Assembly: GCA_004022145.1 (NCBI GenBank) | Contig: RCNU01000001.1 | Strand: one strand, 5' to 3' | Origin: Paecilomyces variotii | Lineage: Eukaryota | DNA length: 64,000 bases | In this document: positions 1 to 12,362 of the stretch, one piece after another | Layout: each line of letters opens with the position of its first letter | Numbering within the stretch: the stretch's first letter is position 1 | Notes under the pieces: generated by a model | Database searches by the model: none | Seen by the model: only the letters and a program-made list of their open reading frames with translations | What the model was told of the DNA's origin: nothing | Position numbers and translations under genes: made by a program

Positions 1-2820
1 GACACACTGGAGACGCTGCATCAAATCACGCAGCTCAATCCGGACGGGCCTGCTCGAATGAAAATCCTCTGTTGTTCATAAGGTTTACCTCCTGCACCGG
101 ACCCCTTTTTATCAGTCCTCACCACTGGGGCAACGTAGCCCGATTGAGTATCTATTCTGTCAGTCCAGACCATGGCCGAGATGATGGCAGATGAAGCTGC
201 ACAGCCGGTCTTCACGTGGCCGTTCGATATCGTGACAACTGTTCGAGACTCTACATTTTTTAGGGATCCTTACAGTTGGCGCGCGCACTTTGTACCGCCA
301 TGTTCCTGCTGATATGAGCCAGTCAGTAACTAATGCTAGCTAGCTAGGGATGGGGTATGTCTCGCTGGCGGTCAAGTTTGACCGGCATTAGCATTATTGT
401 TAGGGACCTCCGCATGCGAACTTTCTATGTGTATCGAGAATTGGAGATACTTACCTGTTCCTTGAGGCATTCTTCTCTCACTGCTCAGCCCCCTTCCGGA
501 TCGTTTTTTCTTTTTTCTTCCTCATCAGCTGCTCCTTATCCGCCACGCCCTAAAAAAGAGGAAACGCGAGCAATGAATCTGGTGGGCTCGAACCATCTTA
601 CAGAAAGAGTCACATCATCGATCTTCCCCACAGGAATGGCCTCCACCAACCAACCGCCGGCAGTAAGCTCTCCCTCTGCAATTCTGCGACAGTAACCGCC
701 AGTGGTGGATCACTGAGCATTATGGTACTTACCATAGAACGGGCTGGGGCTTTAACACCCATTATTGCCTCAGACCGTTGAACTTGTTTCGCAGCAGATT
801 CTTGTTTTTCCTTTTACTCGGCTACAGTATGATTCCACAAATCCGCCCGAACTTGAGAATCTCACAAACAGTAACGGATTTGTCCGAAAGGATCTTGAAA
901 TTAACTCGTACAGGATAGACAGGGGAACAGTTCCGCCGATTCCACTTCAATATTGCACGCATCTCTCCACAAGGCAATTGAGTGGAGTTCTCTCCTCACT
1001 GGATAGTCAAAGTATCACTCGATATTCTAGATACATCCCAACAATTACATACTGACACTCTCAGCAACTACCACGTCACAAGACTGTCCAAGAGGCCAAA
1101 ACTTGAAAAAAAGAGCGTCCCCTTGTACCAATTACGTGGGAGATATCACCACTAGAAATATGCCCCGCGATAATAGGTTCCGCGGCGGCGTTGAACAAAG
1201 CACACCAGCCTCAACCCCGCATTTTTACATCTGCAGCTTGTGGATGAAGTCCAAGCCATATAAACTGATACTACATTATCAAAACCCAGCACTAGTATTC
1301 ACCAATTGAATCACTATACCCCCTCACTTCTAAAACGATATTCCCGAGCGCAAAAAAGCCCCCCCCTTCCCCAAACATATCAAATCCATGTCAGGTACAC
1401 ATACACATCCCGATCGAGTAGTATCTCACGCGTCCTAATCACCAGATCTCGTCGTCACTAATACCAACAATCCAACAGCAATCTCGTATCGATCAATATT
1501 ACCCCTCATCGTCCAATCCTCTTCCGTGGACAATGCCCAAGATCTATCACCACGTAATAACACATGTATACCTACTACTGTACTTACTATGGTACATACT
1601 TACCCCGCAGGAACCACCTGACATCGAGTCTTAGCCTACGTCAGTTTTTCCCGAAGAAACTACTACTATAAACTAACCCTGGTTTTACATATTCCGACTT
1701 GGTTATTCTTGGATGACTGCGCCTCATGATGAAATAATAATACTCTACTCGTTCCTAGTCGTTATGGTGTTAGAGCGGTATATTGCCCGTCATGTAAGTA
1801 CATAAGTAGTAGTTAATTACGAGAGTTCCCAATTTAACACGACGCAATGCGAAGAATACTTTTCAGCATACATTATATAAAATAAAATAACTTTTTCAAA
1901 CAGAAACAATACAGTCATAACATTTCCAATAAGACAAAAAAAAGAAGAAATAAAGGGGAAAGGAAAGAACCCCCCCCCCCATCTTCTCATGGTTTAGACT
2001 AGACCTTGGAAGTTTTTTTATTATGACGTATGGTATATCGTTCATCGCTTAGCTTACCTACCATACTCTACTTTAAACTACCTTAGGTAACGAAGGCAAA
2101 TGACTGACTACTGACTGCTCCACTGTAAATGTTTTGAAAAGGATTGTTTCTGCGAAGAAAAAGGAAAGTGGAAGGGAAATAAATGTTGCGTCTGATGTAA
2201 CTTAATGCCTTTTTGTCCCGTTGGTCGTGGAGAGGCCTACTTTGATCTAACTATCAAGATGGTGCGCACACCAGTGTTCATACTCTACATCGAGAATGGA
2301 TTAGCTCGGGAATATGCTACGAATGAATAATGCGCAATTGACATGGATGCTGATCTGAGCACTGCTTTTGAGAAATAACATTTGATAGGTTCGCATCGCA
2401 TGGTGGATTGGCATACGGCGCGGAATCGATAATAACTGACTGAAGCGATCTGCGGCTATTAACTACACCAGAACAAAGCAGTGATAAGATTGACACGAGA
2501 CATAGAAATACAGAGGCCATCCACGCATCATCATAAGAAAAAAAAAAAGACTAATGTACCATACCTCTAGCAGGGCAAAACCGGCTGTCAACTAATTGAA
2601 CAACTTTTCGCACCATTTGCAGTCGTTACCGACTTCATACCTACCAATTCCCACGAAACTAAGCTTTAAGCTTCTCCTCATCGCTCGACATTTTCACTTC
2701 CTATGTAAAATGATTTCATCGTGGTATCGAGCGTTTTGCTCACTGCACCGATAGAATAGCGGAACCGGGAATTCAAAAGAACAAGCCTCGCCCATCATGT
2801 TTCTCACTCCCCGTTTCTCT

Positions 2821-3657
2821 TCAGACAATCATCTGCACAAGTCCCTGGCCCCCTAATGTCTTGCTGCCAACAAATTCTTGGCTCTTGAGTCCGGCCAGGG
2901 CGTAGAAAAGAGATGCTATGAGGAGGAAAACGGCGGCTGCGATCAAGCTCGACGCGCCCGAGAAGAGACTCATCCACTGAACAATACTCATCGCCAAGTA
3001 CACCACTGCGCGCATCCAAATCGTGGTGAATCGTCTGATAAAGGCGTCAAATTTAGAGGACGTAGGACAGATCCTCAGCAAGAAGGGAATTTCGATGAAG
3101 ATGATCAGGAATGAACAGATACTGAGTATCTCAATCTTAGCGAGCGAGACAGCGAACGCAGAGATCAAAAACTTACAGGCATACTATACTGAAGACGATT
3201 CGTAGCGCGTTGAAGGAGAAGATGTTGGCGATTCCAAGCGCAAAGCACAAGATAATGCATAACACGCCGGTCCTGTATGGTTTATAATCAGTAAACTTTC
3301 AGATCCGTGAATGACGAGTAAGAGATAGTAAGGCTGTCGCGTCCAGAGGAGAATAATCCCGCCCAACTGGGGAATTAGATCGCGACTCTTCCTGCGCAAA
3401 AGCCGACCAAAGGTTCCACGTTGTATGCCATGAACTGGGGCAATGGCAGCTCGAGCTGTTCGACCGGTGCGCGCGAGGTCTGATATGGTATGGTATACAA
3501 AGGACGTAGGGAGAGGGGAAATAGATGCTCACGAACCATTGTCCATAGATGCCTAACAGATGGTATTAGCTCTAATTCAATGCTGCTCAGCGAGCGATGC
3601 AGGCGCAAGTGGAAACTTACTGAAATTCCTGGAGCGGAACTCCTCAGCAAGCGTCAT
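2821..3657 (-). CDS. TVP18: Golgi membrane protein Tvp18 (4 exons)
   Basis: Spliced by hand: exons 3657-3621, 3552-3537 (16 nt), 3272-3177, 3121-2821 give MTLAEEFRSRNFSIYGQWTGVLCIILCFALGIANIF...IEIPFLLRICPTS...SKTLGGQGLVQMIV, which I recognise as Tvp18; GT-AG borders keep the frame. Confidence 0.92.
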
Positions 3658-4841
3658 TTTGAATACTGGATCACAGATCGCAGTACCAGATATAGGCTCC
3701 TGACCGTCTCTTCTAAACCAACAGCGCAGTCACTGTTGAACGACTCGCGTCCTACTGCGTGGAAAGGCACAGATGGCTTGCTCGTCGTTACTCTCGGGTG
3801 AGAATATGGGAGTCGTGACTGTCGTTAAATTTCGTGAAGTTCGATTTCGCAGGCAAATCTGCTGAAAAGCTGAATGCAGCACGCAGGGTTGTCTATGCGT
3901 GGTTGTGAATTGGAGAGGATTCACTGGCGTGGACCAGTCGTCAGCACCCAGAAGATAAACAACGTGGGAGGTTCGGCGGTTCGGAGTCTGGGCGTCAGTA
4001 AGGCGGCAGCGAGAAATAAGGCGTTGAGCCCCGGATTGGTATGTAGAGCAACAAAGAGCAACAGACAGCAGCTATGTCGCACAGAGACGATCCTTGTCTT
4101 GATTAGAAGCTTTCGAAGATGATGCTCTGTCCTTGAGACTGATGGAGATCTTTTTTTCTTCTGACGTGGAACGTTTGGAGTTGCTCTCTAGACTACGGAC
4201 CTGTCAGCTCAGCAGAAGCAGCTACTCGAAATCGGGACAAGCGGCACTCCCGGCAGGAACGGCGACACTGATTCGAGTCTCACTTGCAAGGACCTCTTCT
4301 TTGGGCGTCTTTGCTTCGCGCTTTTTTCTTGTCCAGAAGCTCCGGGGGCATCGGGGGTCGTACGTTTCGAGTTTGGCTGTTTTAGTGCGACTAGGGGGAA
4401 CGGGGTTGCTTTTCATAAAACCACCACCACGCTGGTAAGCTGCAGAGAACTCTGGAGCCTAAAAGTGGATCTTACGATAAAATTATTCTAGAGATCAATA
4501 ATTACAGACTAGATGTGCTAGAGGACAATGGCGTTCTTGGTTAGAAAGTAAATTGGTCCCTGGTCGTCATTTCTTGACTTTAGAAATAATAGCTCCTAGC
4601 GAAACAGATGCAGCGCAGTAGATCTTCAAGTATGTCCGTCAAGCCTCCGCCCCTTGATGTAAACCTAGACCAGGACAGAGGCGAGGGGTGTAAGATGCAA
4701 GCCAGTCTCTTCTCACAAACACCCATGCTTTCAGAGGTCAGGGTGGTCGTTTTAATGATCGCAACCCCGGCATTTGCTAGGACTGTCCCTATAGTATATC
4801 TCCAACCCTCTCAAGATATTGGTATCATCGTAACCTAGTGT

Positions 4842-5666
4842 CTATGCGGCGGAGTAAATAAGACGGAAGATGTCATTGAAGACAAAGTAGCTGCCAGCGC
4901 CGTCGGGCAGAAGCTGGAAAGACTGGGTGTAGCTCATGGGCTTCTGCTCCTGGTCGACCTAACGTTTCCAACCAACAGTAGTTAGTATACACGATGTGAA
5001 CCGTCGGGTATATGAACCAGTGCAACCGGATTCTTGACATACCAGCAGGGCACCAGTGACCATGACCAGGATACCACCGGTCTCACTAGAGGGCTGGGCA
5101 TCGAGGGTAGTCACTTGGTGAACGACCTTCTCGAAAGGCAAGCTCTGTAACCCGTTAGACTCTTGTCACTCTAAGCACTCGAAAGGAATACTTACGGTCA
5201 GCTTCTCGACGATACCAGCGGTACCCTGGACCGAGGACGTCTCGAAGGTGAGCATAGACTGGTCGCGCTGTGTGCATATCCTCCGTCAGCAACTACCTAA
5301 TACCATATCTCCTGGCTTGACTCACGTAGAGAGCCGCGAGACCCGCCCGGTTCTCATCGAACGTCTTGTAGTAGAACTGGACGAACTGCTCTGCAATGTA
5401 GACGGATATATGTTAGGAACATCAATGCGCTTCGATCGGGCCACAGATGCATGTCATCAATGACTGAGAGGACCTCGGATACATACGAGCGATAGAAACG
5501 AAGTCTGCACAACAGAGAAACGTTAGCTTTCATCCTATATCAGAGTCCTCTCGAAGCGCAACATGCGCAGCCGGGCAGGGAGGGGCAGGACGGGCGTAGC
5601 AGCCCTGGTGGCCTGGGCGTCTGCAAGCCGTCTGAAATATGAAAAGAGTGAGCACTTACCACCCAT
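4842..5666 (-). CDS. NTF2: Nuclear transport factor 2 (6 exons)
   Basis: Spliced product [39 protein letters not shown]...LPFEKVVHQVTTLDAQP...YFVFNDIFRLIYSAA; five GT-AG introns with CTAAC/CTGAC branch sites. Confidence 0.95.
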
Positions 5667-6567
5667 CTTGAATAGATATCTCCAGGAGACCGGGACGAAC
5701 ACAAAGTACCAGCGAGAGCTTGTCTGCACCGAGTCGAGAGCGATTGTTGATGTATTATTTCAACACTCGCGGCTGAGAGGAGGTTGTGGGGCAGTCGGGC
5801 GTGGTGGGGGATCTCATAGAGTGAGCCAGTTTGACCGCCGGCGCCTAAATTTTTCTCTCCGAATTTCTCTTTCTTTCCACCACAGTAACTCTCGAATATT
5901 TCTTCATCCTTCTCACTACTCCTGGTTTTTCTCTTTTTGATGGTCGTACAGGACAGCTGCAGATATGGCAGTGCTATTCTCAGACTGTTGAGGCTTGCTG
6001 CTACCTTCAATGATGATGTTATGCTTGCTCTGAAGATGACCTACCTCCCTTGCAACGGAGAGACCCTGGCAGCATTAGAGCAGCAAACTCGATTCTTAAC
6101 TAACACCCAGGGCTTACCTGAGCCAGATGATAACTAATCGTAATAGGTGAGTGATAACAAACAACAACAAGTGTTATGATTCTCTTTGCATGATGTTTAA
6201 TTTTCTAAACGATAACTTCTGACTCACACACCCGTGGAGTTGTACCTTTTGTTCTCTGACTTGCAATCACTTTCGTACTTGTTATTTCGCATCTGTTCTG
6301 TTGACTGGACATTCATTAACAAGTATAATAGGTCTTTTGGCTAGCTCTGCGCTCTGCATGTGTCTTTCTATACAGGGGATTTGTGGTCTTGCCCCATGCC
6401 TTACTTTGATACATGTCCTGAATAGTACTTAGATAGATCTGGATAATAAACACTCGAGTTTGTCGGACCCATTTCATTTCATCGTTACAGCCTCCGTAGA
6501 TTCTACTTATGTGGCAACGCGAGGCACAATATTTATAGTACAAGACAAGAAAGACCGCTGATTCCGT

Positions 6568-9039
6568 TCATTCGGAATCTGAGTCTGCAAACATATCCTC
6601 TGCCTTTGGGCGCGGTTTTCGCGTCGGAGGTTGAGCTTCTGGCCCAGGCTGCTTCTCAGGCGGTCTGTCAGACATGGCTGGCTTTTCCTGCGCCTGAGAA
6701 CCATCTCCCTCCATGGCGATGTCCTCTTCCATCTCGTCCCCGTCCGGATCCTCCAGATCACTATCTTCCATGGGCACACCATCGATGTCACTCATAGGTT
6801 CGCCATCGAGGTTGCCATCTTGATTAGCTATGAGAGCGCCCCCTTGATCGATATCCATCTTAGTCCCCTCGGCCTCAACAGGCTTGGTCGGGTCGAATTT
6901 ACCAGAAGAGACATCTTCCTCGACGGCCTTCCACCGACTCTTACCCTTTGTTCCAGGAGCACTGGCGGCTTTCTCTGCCTCTGCCTTCTCCCTCTCCTTG
7001 GCCAGCTCTTCCTCAGTGGGAGGCGGATTCTCAAAGACCTGGACAAAGTGCTCTTGGCTTGTTTGTGGGAAAACACACCATCCTTCCCACAGGTTCAGTA
7101 TTATACCAACACTCCGCTTCCATTTTTCTGCCTTTAGTCGACCCCAACCAAGGTCTTTCTCCAGCCTTCCCAGATGCTCAAAGACTTGGTGTGATCTGAG
7201 CGCAGATTCGAAAAGCTGTCGGTAACGCCACGCGTGGCGGACGCCGCTAGTAGATGAAGACGAAAGAATATCGGATACCACGTAGAGCCCAACAAGTTTG
7301 GCGGCTGATGTGTCGAGTTTGTCTTTAGATGACGACCGGTTCTCCTGGGATGTGTTATCATAAACCCTGCTGGCTTCAGCCTCGCCCTTTGCAGCGCCTC
7401 TCTCAGCGAGATGATCAGGATTTGCTCCAGTGTATGCCAAAGGATTCAGGACGTTGGTGACGATCATCTCCACAACTTCATCTGCACCCGCGCCAGCATG
7501 CTCAATAGCAAAGGCAGTTACGCGAGCGATATCTCCTCTTCGTAGCTTGGCGTTCGTGGTGGGCAGCCTCGCCAGCAGATGCGTTAGTTTAGCCTTCTGG
7601 AGAGGGTTCATGAAGCCCAATCCATCACTAGGACCTCCTAGACCATCAGCAGCATGTCGTTTGTCGTCTTCCGCATCCGAGTACTCATCTTCAGAGGAAT
7701 TATAATCGTCATCGGAGACGAACTCGTCCATCTGCGTAGTATACTCGAAGCGAATCGCTTTCTCAGGGGGGACCCAGCTAGGACCGCCCTCGAAAAGCAG
7801 CGACGGCGGAGTCACTCCCATGACAGGGTGCCGACGAGCTCCCTTATTTCCAGAATTTGTTAGAATATCCCATAGCTTCCACCGATACCATATACCACCG
7901 GTGCTTCGGGGATTCCACAGCCAAGCCCACTTCTCGTTTTTCTGGACCTCGGGCCGGCTCATAAGCAGAGCTTCGAATTCAGGGCCATAATTCAGCAGAT
8001 TTTCCAACGTTTTGTGAATCAACCGAAGTTGCTTTAGGTCAGATGGAGGTTTAACGTCCACTTGCAGAGCCGGGCCACTTCTTCCGTAGGACGGACCGTA
8101 CGACGCAGGAGGTGCAAATGCACCGCGGTGCGGCCCTGGAGGGGGAGCACGGTTCAAACTTCCAACTTGGTTCTGATTGACCTGTTTCGCGCCAAAGGGG
8201 AGAGAGCTGGATGATGATAGACCAACAGTTACAGGCATGCCAGAGCTGATTGCGGCGGACGAGAGATGTCGCGAGATAGAGAGGTAGAAGCCCCAGCCGA
8301 GATATTTATTTTGCAGTGTGCTCACAGTGGTATCTATATCGCTGGCAGCTGACTCCTTCGCAAGGGTGACGATAGCTGACCATGACTTCCGCTCCGTTGG
8401 AGTTTGGCCGGCCTGGGGCATGATTTTGACATTGTCGACGGCGAGAACTGATGGAATCAACGCCTTTACCACGGCCGGCGATGTTCCCGGTGGTAGTGAA
8501 GCTAGGTATAATGTCGGTTTCGCAGCTGCCCTCTCAGCCTCCTTTGTTTCTGTGGTCCTCTCTTCCTCATCGTCGGATGTTCGAAAAGCAGCCGCCGCGT
8601 CCCGCGCGCCGGATCCTGAGTTTTCGAAAGCAAATAGCCCTTGAGCAGAATCACGTTCCCTATGTAAGGGTTGAAAGCCTTCATGATTGCGTTTCCTCGA
8701 AAGCGATGGAGGAGGCGGTCCCAGACTGCCTGGCCCACTGCTCCGTGGACCAGAGCTCGTAAAGTGCCGTTTCGCAGGACCTCCTCCGAACCCTCCTGGC
8801 CCCGGGTGTCCGAATGTATTCAGTCTTCCTCCTCCTGGAGGACGATTCGTGCTTGGCGTATCTGCATCTTCGTCGAAGGATTTCACAAAATCCTCCAGGA
8901 CAGCGGCCGTCTCAGCTTGTTCTCGGGCGCGCTTTGCTTCCGCTTCGGCTTTCTGGCGTTCAAATAACGATTTCTTGCTGGGCGCCGAGAGTTTGGCCGA
9001 GAGCTCGGGGAAGACCTTCGTCTTCGAGTCGTCTGGCAT
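6568..9039 (-). CDS. U2 snRNP-associated SURP-motif protein (SR140/U2SURP-like; RRM-like, SURP and CID regions)
   Basis: Intronless ~823 aa ORF from ATG 9039; RRM-like LYLASLPPG, SURP-like IHKTLENLLNYGPEFEALLM...WAWLW, CID-like KLVGLYVVSDILSSS...WKRSVGIILNLWEGW. Confidence 0.85.
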   Translation of the reverse strand: MPDDSKTKVFPELSAKLSAPSKKSLFERQKAEAEAKRAREQAETAAVLEDFVKSFDEDADTPSTNRPPGGGRLNTFGHPGPGGFGGGPAKRHFTSSGPRSSGPGSLGPPPPSLSRKRNHEGFQPLHRERDSAQGLFAFENSGSGARDAAAAFRTSDDEEERTTETKEAERAAAKPTLYLASLPPGTSPAVVKALIPSVLAVDNVKIMPQAGQTPTERKSWSAIVTLAKESAASDIDTTVSTLQNKYLGWGFYLSISRHLSSAAISSGMPVTVGLSSSSSLPFGAKQVNQNQVGSLNRAPPPGPHRGAFAPPASYGPSYGRSGPALQVDVKPPSDLKQLRLIHKTLENLLNYGPEFEALLMSRPEVQKNEKWAWLWNPRSTGGIWYRWKLWDILTNSGNKGARRHPVMGVTPPSLLFEGGPSWVPPEKAIRFEYTTQMDEFVSDDDYNSSEDEYSDAEDDKRHAADGLGGPSDGLGFMNPLQKAKLTHLLARLPTTNAKLRRGDIARVTAFAIEHAGAGADEVVEMIVTNVLNPLAYTGANPDHLAERGAAKGEAEASRVYDNTSQENRSSSKDKLDTSAAKLVGLYVVSDILSSSSTSGVRHAWRYRQLFESALRSHQVFEHLGRLEKDLGWGRLKAEKWKRSVGIILNLWEGWCVFPQTSQEHFVQVFENPPPTEEELAKEREKAEAEKAASAPGTKGKSRWKAVEEDVSSGKFDPTKPVEAEGTKMDIDQGGALIANQDGNLDGEPMSDIDGVPMEDSDLEDPDGDEMEEDIAMEGDGSQAQEKPAMSDRPPEKQPGPEAQPPTRKPRPKAEDMFADSDSE

Positions 9040-9320
9040 CGCGACCAAGCCGCAATAGCAACAACTGCTGTCGAAATAGCTTCGCGGGGGAAGTGGTGGT
9101 TAGTATGGGCGTTCTTTGAGCCTGGACGCGGAGGTCAGTTCGGGTGGAGATAGCGGACTTACTCGACACAGTCTAGGCGCCTACGGGGAATTTCAGCACA
9201 GTATGAAGCAACGTCCCTTCAATCTCGCAACTTCGCCATCTACAACCTTGGGATTTTCCAGGCACAGGTTCGACCTGTTAATGCCGTATATCTTATGAAA
9301 GACTTTTGATAAGTAAGAGG

Positions 9321-10498
9321 ATGGCTGCCGTAGAACTGCAATTGTTATTACGATTCCTTTCCCAGGATGCAAAGGTACCGCTGGCGGTGGCAATGAGCAA
9401 AGTGAAAGAGCTCCAGAAAGCCGGTCTCAGCAAGTAAAGAGCTCAACTTCCATATTGACGATAAACAAGTCTAACGCTCGCAGTCCTGATGAAATTGGGC
9501 GATCCGAACTACAGACACTCCAGACGATCTTCAAAGATGACAAAACAGCCAAGAAGGTGCTGAATGCTGCGAAACGCAACTCCAAGAAACGCGCAGCGCC
9601 AAGTAGCTCAGACACTACACCAACCAAGAAGGCAAAGAAAGATGATCCTGACGCTGAGACAACACCTTTTCAGACTGAATCTAACCTCTCTCTCCCGGAC
9701 TCGTCGGCGACGGAGGAAGAGCTGTCAGAGACAGTAGTACTCACAAACAGAGCACCGCTTGTCCTTGCATTTGCAGTGACTGTGCTCAAGTATACAATGC
9801 CTGAGCAGCCCATCTCAAGCAGGCTGAGTCTCGCGCAAGCTGTGGTTAGTGCCAACAGTCGCAGCAAAGCCGTCAGTCTGGGCCTTGAGAGTGGGAACAG
9901 TGCAGAAGAAGAAGGTTGGGGAGAGGGGTTACCAGTGGTGAAAGTTTTGGGAAGAGCGATTAGAGTATTAAAGAGATGGGACTATAATCCCATGGATGGA
10001 AAGCCGGAAGACGGAACTACTTCTGTCTCTGACATCCGCCCATGCCCCGGGGATTCTCAAAACACCGCCCGGGAAGATTCCGGGGAGATGCCTCCTCTCT
10101 GGGGCGTGGACCTGGAAGCCATACGAAAATCCAATGCTCAGGGTAAAAGAGTGGATTCACAAATACATACGGCGGATGCCGCACGAGCATACCTCATGAA
10201 GGCGTTTTCTTTGCATAGGGAATCCAACGGCGAAAGGAAGGAGTCCTTAAGCAAGAAGTCCAATGCTTCCCTGGCCAAAGAGAGGGAAGAGTCTCTTGGC
10301 CTCGTCCTACGTGCCATTGATCTCCTATGTGAGTCATGGGCTTCAACCCTCAGCACCGAGGAATTGGACAGACGTGCCTGGGCCTGGTACTTGCGCGTCA
10401 GGCCGGATGTCCAAAGTGGCACAGCTGGCTGGGGGGAGAAAGGCCAGGTCAGGCTCTCTGATATACTAAGGTTGCGCAGGGAAGTACCGAGCACCTGA
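9321..10498 (+). CDS. Fungal hypothetical protein (2 exons)
   Basis: ATG 9321 (MAAVELQLLLRFLSQDAKVPLAVAM), intron 9434-9483 (GTAAAG..CTAAC..CAG) joins in frame to the 347-aa ORF containing TNRAPLVLAF and AWAWYLRVRPDV..GWG. Confidence 0.8.
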
Positions 10499-10578
10499 AC
10501 ATTTCTGTTCAAGAGTCTACATTGTGCTTGCATCAGCTATCTTTCCTGGGTTCTACTCCAGCTATGCATGCGAAACTA

Positions 10579-12362
10579 TCAGCGGGATACCTGCTCTGTA
10601 TGCTCTACAGTCGAGGCCCCTTGTTTGTCTGCGATGCTGGTGCCTCGTTCCAGCTCAAGCGGTTTCTCAGCTGGATGGTGGACGTTCAGATCGGTGTCCC
10701 GATGGAGATCCATGCTCTCTTTATTGAAGAAGTTCACATAGATGGGGAAGACCCAAGCCAAGATATAGCCCATCATGGGAATAGCAAGGGCAACATGAGC
10801 ATTACGGTTAGTCTGCAGGATAAGAGCAATCAGTAGATGGCTTTGGCGGGCAGGGTTGAATTAGGTCCTGTACTTACAACCACAGCTCCCATCATAGGAG
10901 GAAAGACAGTACCTCCAGAGATTGCTGCCACGAGAAGCGAGCCTCCTCGTTTCGTGTGACGCCCAAGACCTCGCAGGGCCAAAGTGAAAATCGTTGCGAA
11001 GCAGCACTGGGAAGATCCCAATCAGCATATGTTCATCAGAAGAGTTTGTGTTATGTGGTCCACTCACGGATTCAAAACAGAACACCAGAATGAAGAGGGC
11101 AATAGACGTCGTTCCAGATGTGTTCATCGCGGCTACCGAGAAAACGAAGCATAAGAAGAGGTATACCGCGAGCATATAGCGAGGCTTGAATGCCTTCATC
11201 ATCATCAACCCGCTGGCTAGGAAACGATTGAATGCATAGAGGCCCTGGGCGACAGCAAGAAGGTCCGCTAATCCCAATCATCAACAAGGAGCCAAATTGC
11301 GCTTCACTCAGATGGAACACTTACCAGCTTCAGAGCTGGAACGTCCAGCTTCTTGGGCAAAGTTGATGAAGTATCCTGCAACTGCGACCTGGGCTCCCAC
11401 ATAGCAGAACTGGCTCCATACCCCTAAGAAAAGATTGTATTGCTTTTTGAAAGGGCCAGGATCCGCGATATGCTCTCCGATCTGCATTTCAACTGCCTGC
11501 TGGTCGGCGTCGGTGATTTCAGGGAAGGGGGCGAGAAGAAACAGGATAATCAGCAGTGCAACGAAGCAGGCTACTCCCAGATAGACCCATTGCACATTTT
11601 TGAGTCCAGCATTCGTATCCACGGTGTGTGCAAAGAAGACACGAGAAGCGAGAAGTGGCGCTACAAATGTTCCGACCCCTTGGACTGCTTGGGCGAGGTT
11701 CAGTCTGATTTCGCTATATCGTGGTGGGCCGCAAATAGAGAGAAAGCTACATGGTCAACAACCTTATACGCTATGCCAACCTCTGTATGCTGGACTTACG
11801 GATCTGCTGCTGTTTCAAGAGTTGACAGCCCGGCGCCAACTACCTTGTCCATCATTAGATAGATCAACGCAGAGAGAGCCGATTTCATAACACTCACAAA
11901 CATGCTACCACAGAAACCCCCAAATGACTTTTTGACGCCGCTTGGCCAGAATAGAAGGCATCCAACCGCGAGGACCGCAAGACCGGTCATAAATGTGATG
12001 CGAAAGCCGAATCTTCTGACAATCCATCCCGAGATGGTCAACGGACAGATGAAGTACGCGCCGAAATAAGCCGCCTGGAGACCGCTGGACTTGCTGGCCG
12101 TAATGTTGAGGGTGCTTTGGAAATGGGAGTTCAAGACATCCAGTAAGCCATAGCCAAAGCCCCATAGGAAGAAGAGGATAGTAACTGGAAGCTCGATTTG
12201 ATCAGTTTCGTCGTAAAGACGTGGTTAGAGCCGACAAATGGACTCTATGGATGCTATATCCCTACCTAGGAAATTGGGTATGAGGGACTGTCGTAGAGTA
12301 AGATGGACCGCAGACGTGACTGAATCATCCGCCACGGCGATTCTCCGCTTATATGGACCCAT
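10579..12362 (-). CDS. MFS transporter, L-fucose permease (FucP/GluP-like) family, multi-exon
   Basis: Exons encode LFFLWGFGYGLLDVLNSHFQ, LQAAYFGAYF, GLSTLETAADP, RLNLAQAVQGVG, QFCYVGAQV, FATIFTLALRGLG, all typical of the FucP/FHS family; ATG 12362, TGA 10579. Confidence 0.88.

Noticed and set aside
447-457. ATACTTACCTG, identical to the 5' end of U1 snRNA
   Set aside because: No U1 stem-loop I (GATCACGAAG-like) or loop II (ATTGCAC) follows; it is the reverse complement of a consensus 5' splice site
1673-1680. CTAACCCT resembling a telomere repeat or telomerase-RNA template
   Set aside because: A single 8-mer with no repeat array or supporting structure
4070-4416. Lys/Arg/Ser-rich minus-strand reading frames with an intron-like GTGAGA..CTGACAG
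   Set aside because: The frame that stays open across the splice has no ATG, and the ATG frames stop right after it; probably NTF2 3' or TVP18 5' flanking DNA
6010-6121. ATGATGA...CTGA...CTGA resembling a C/D snoRNA
   Set aside because: No convincing terminal stem and no rRNA-complementary guide that I can recognise; would need snoscan or Rfam
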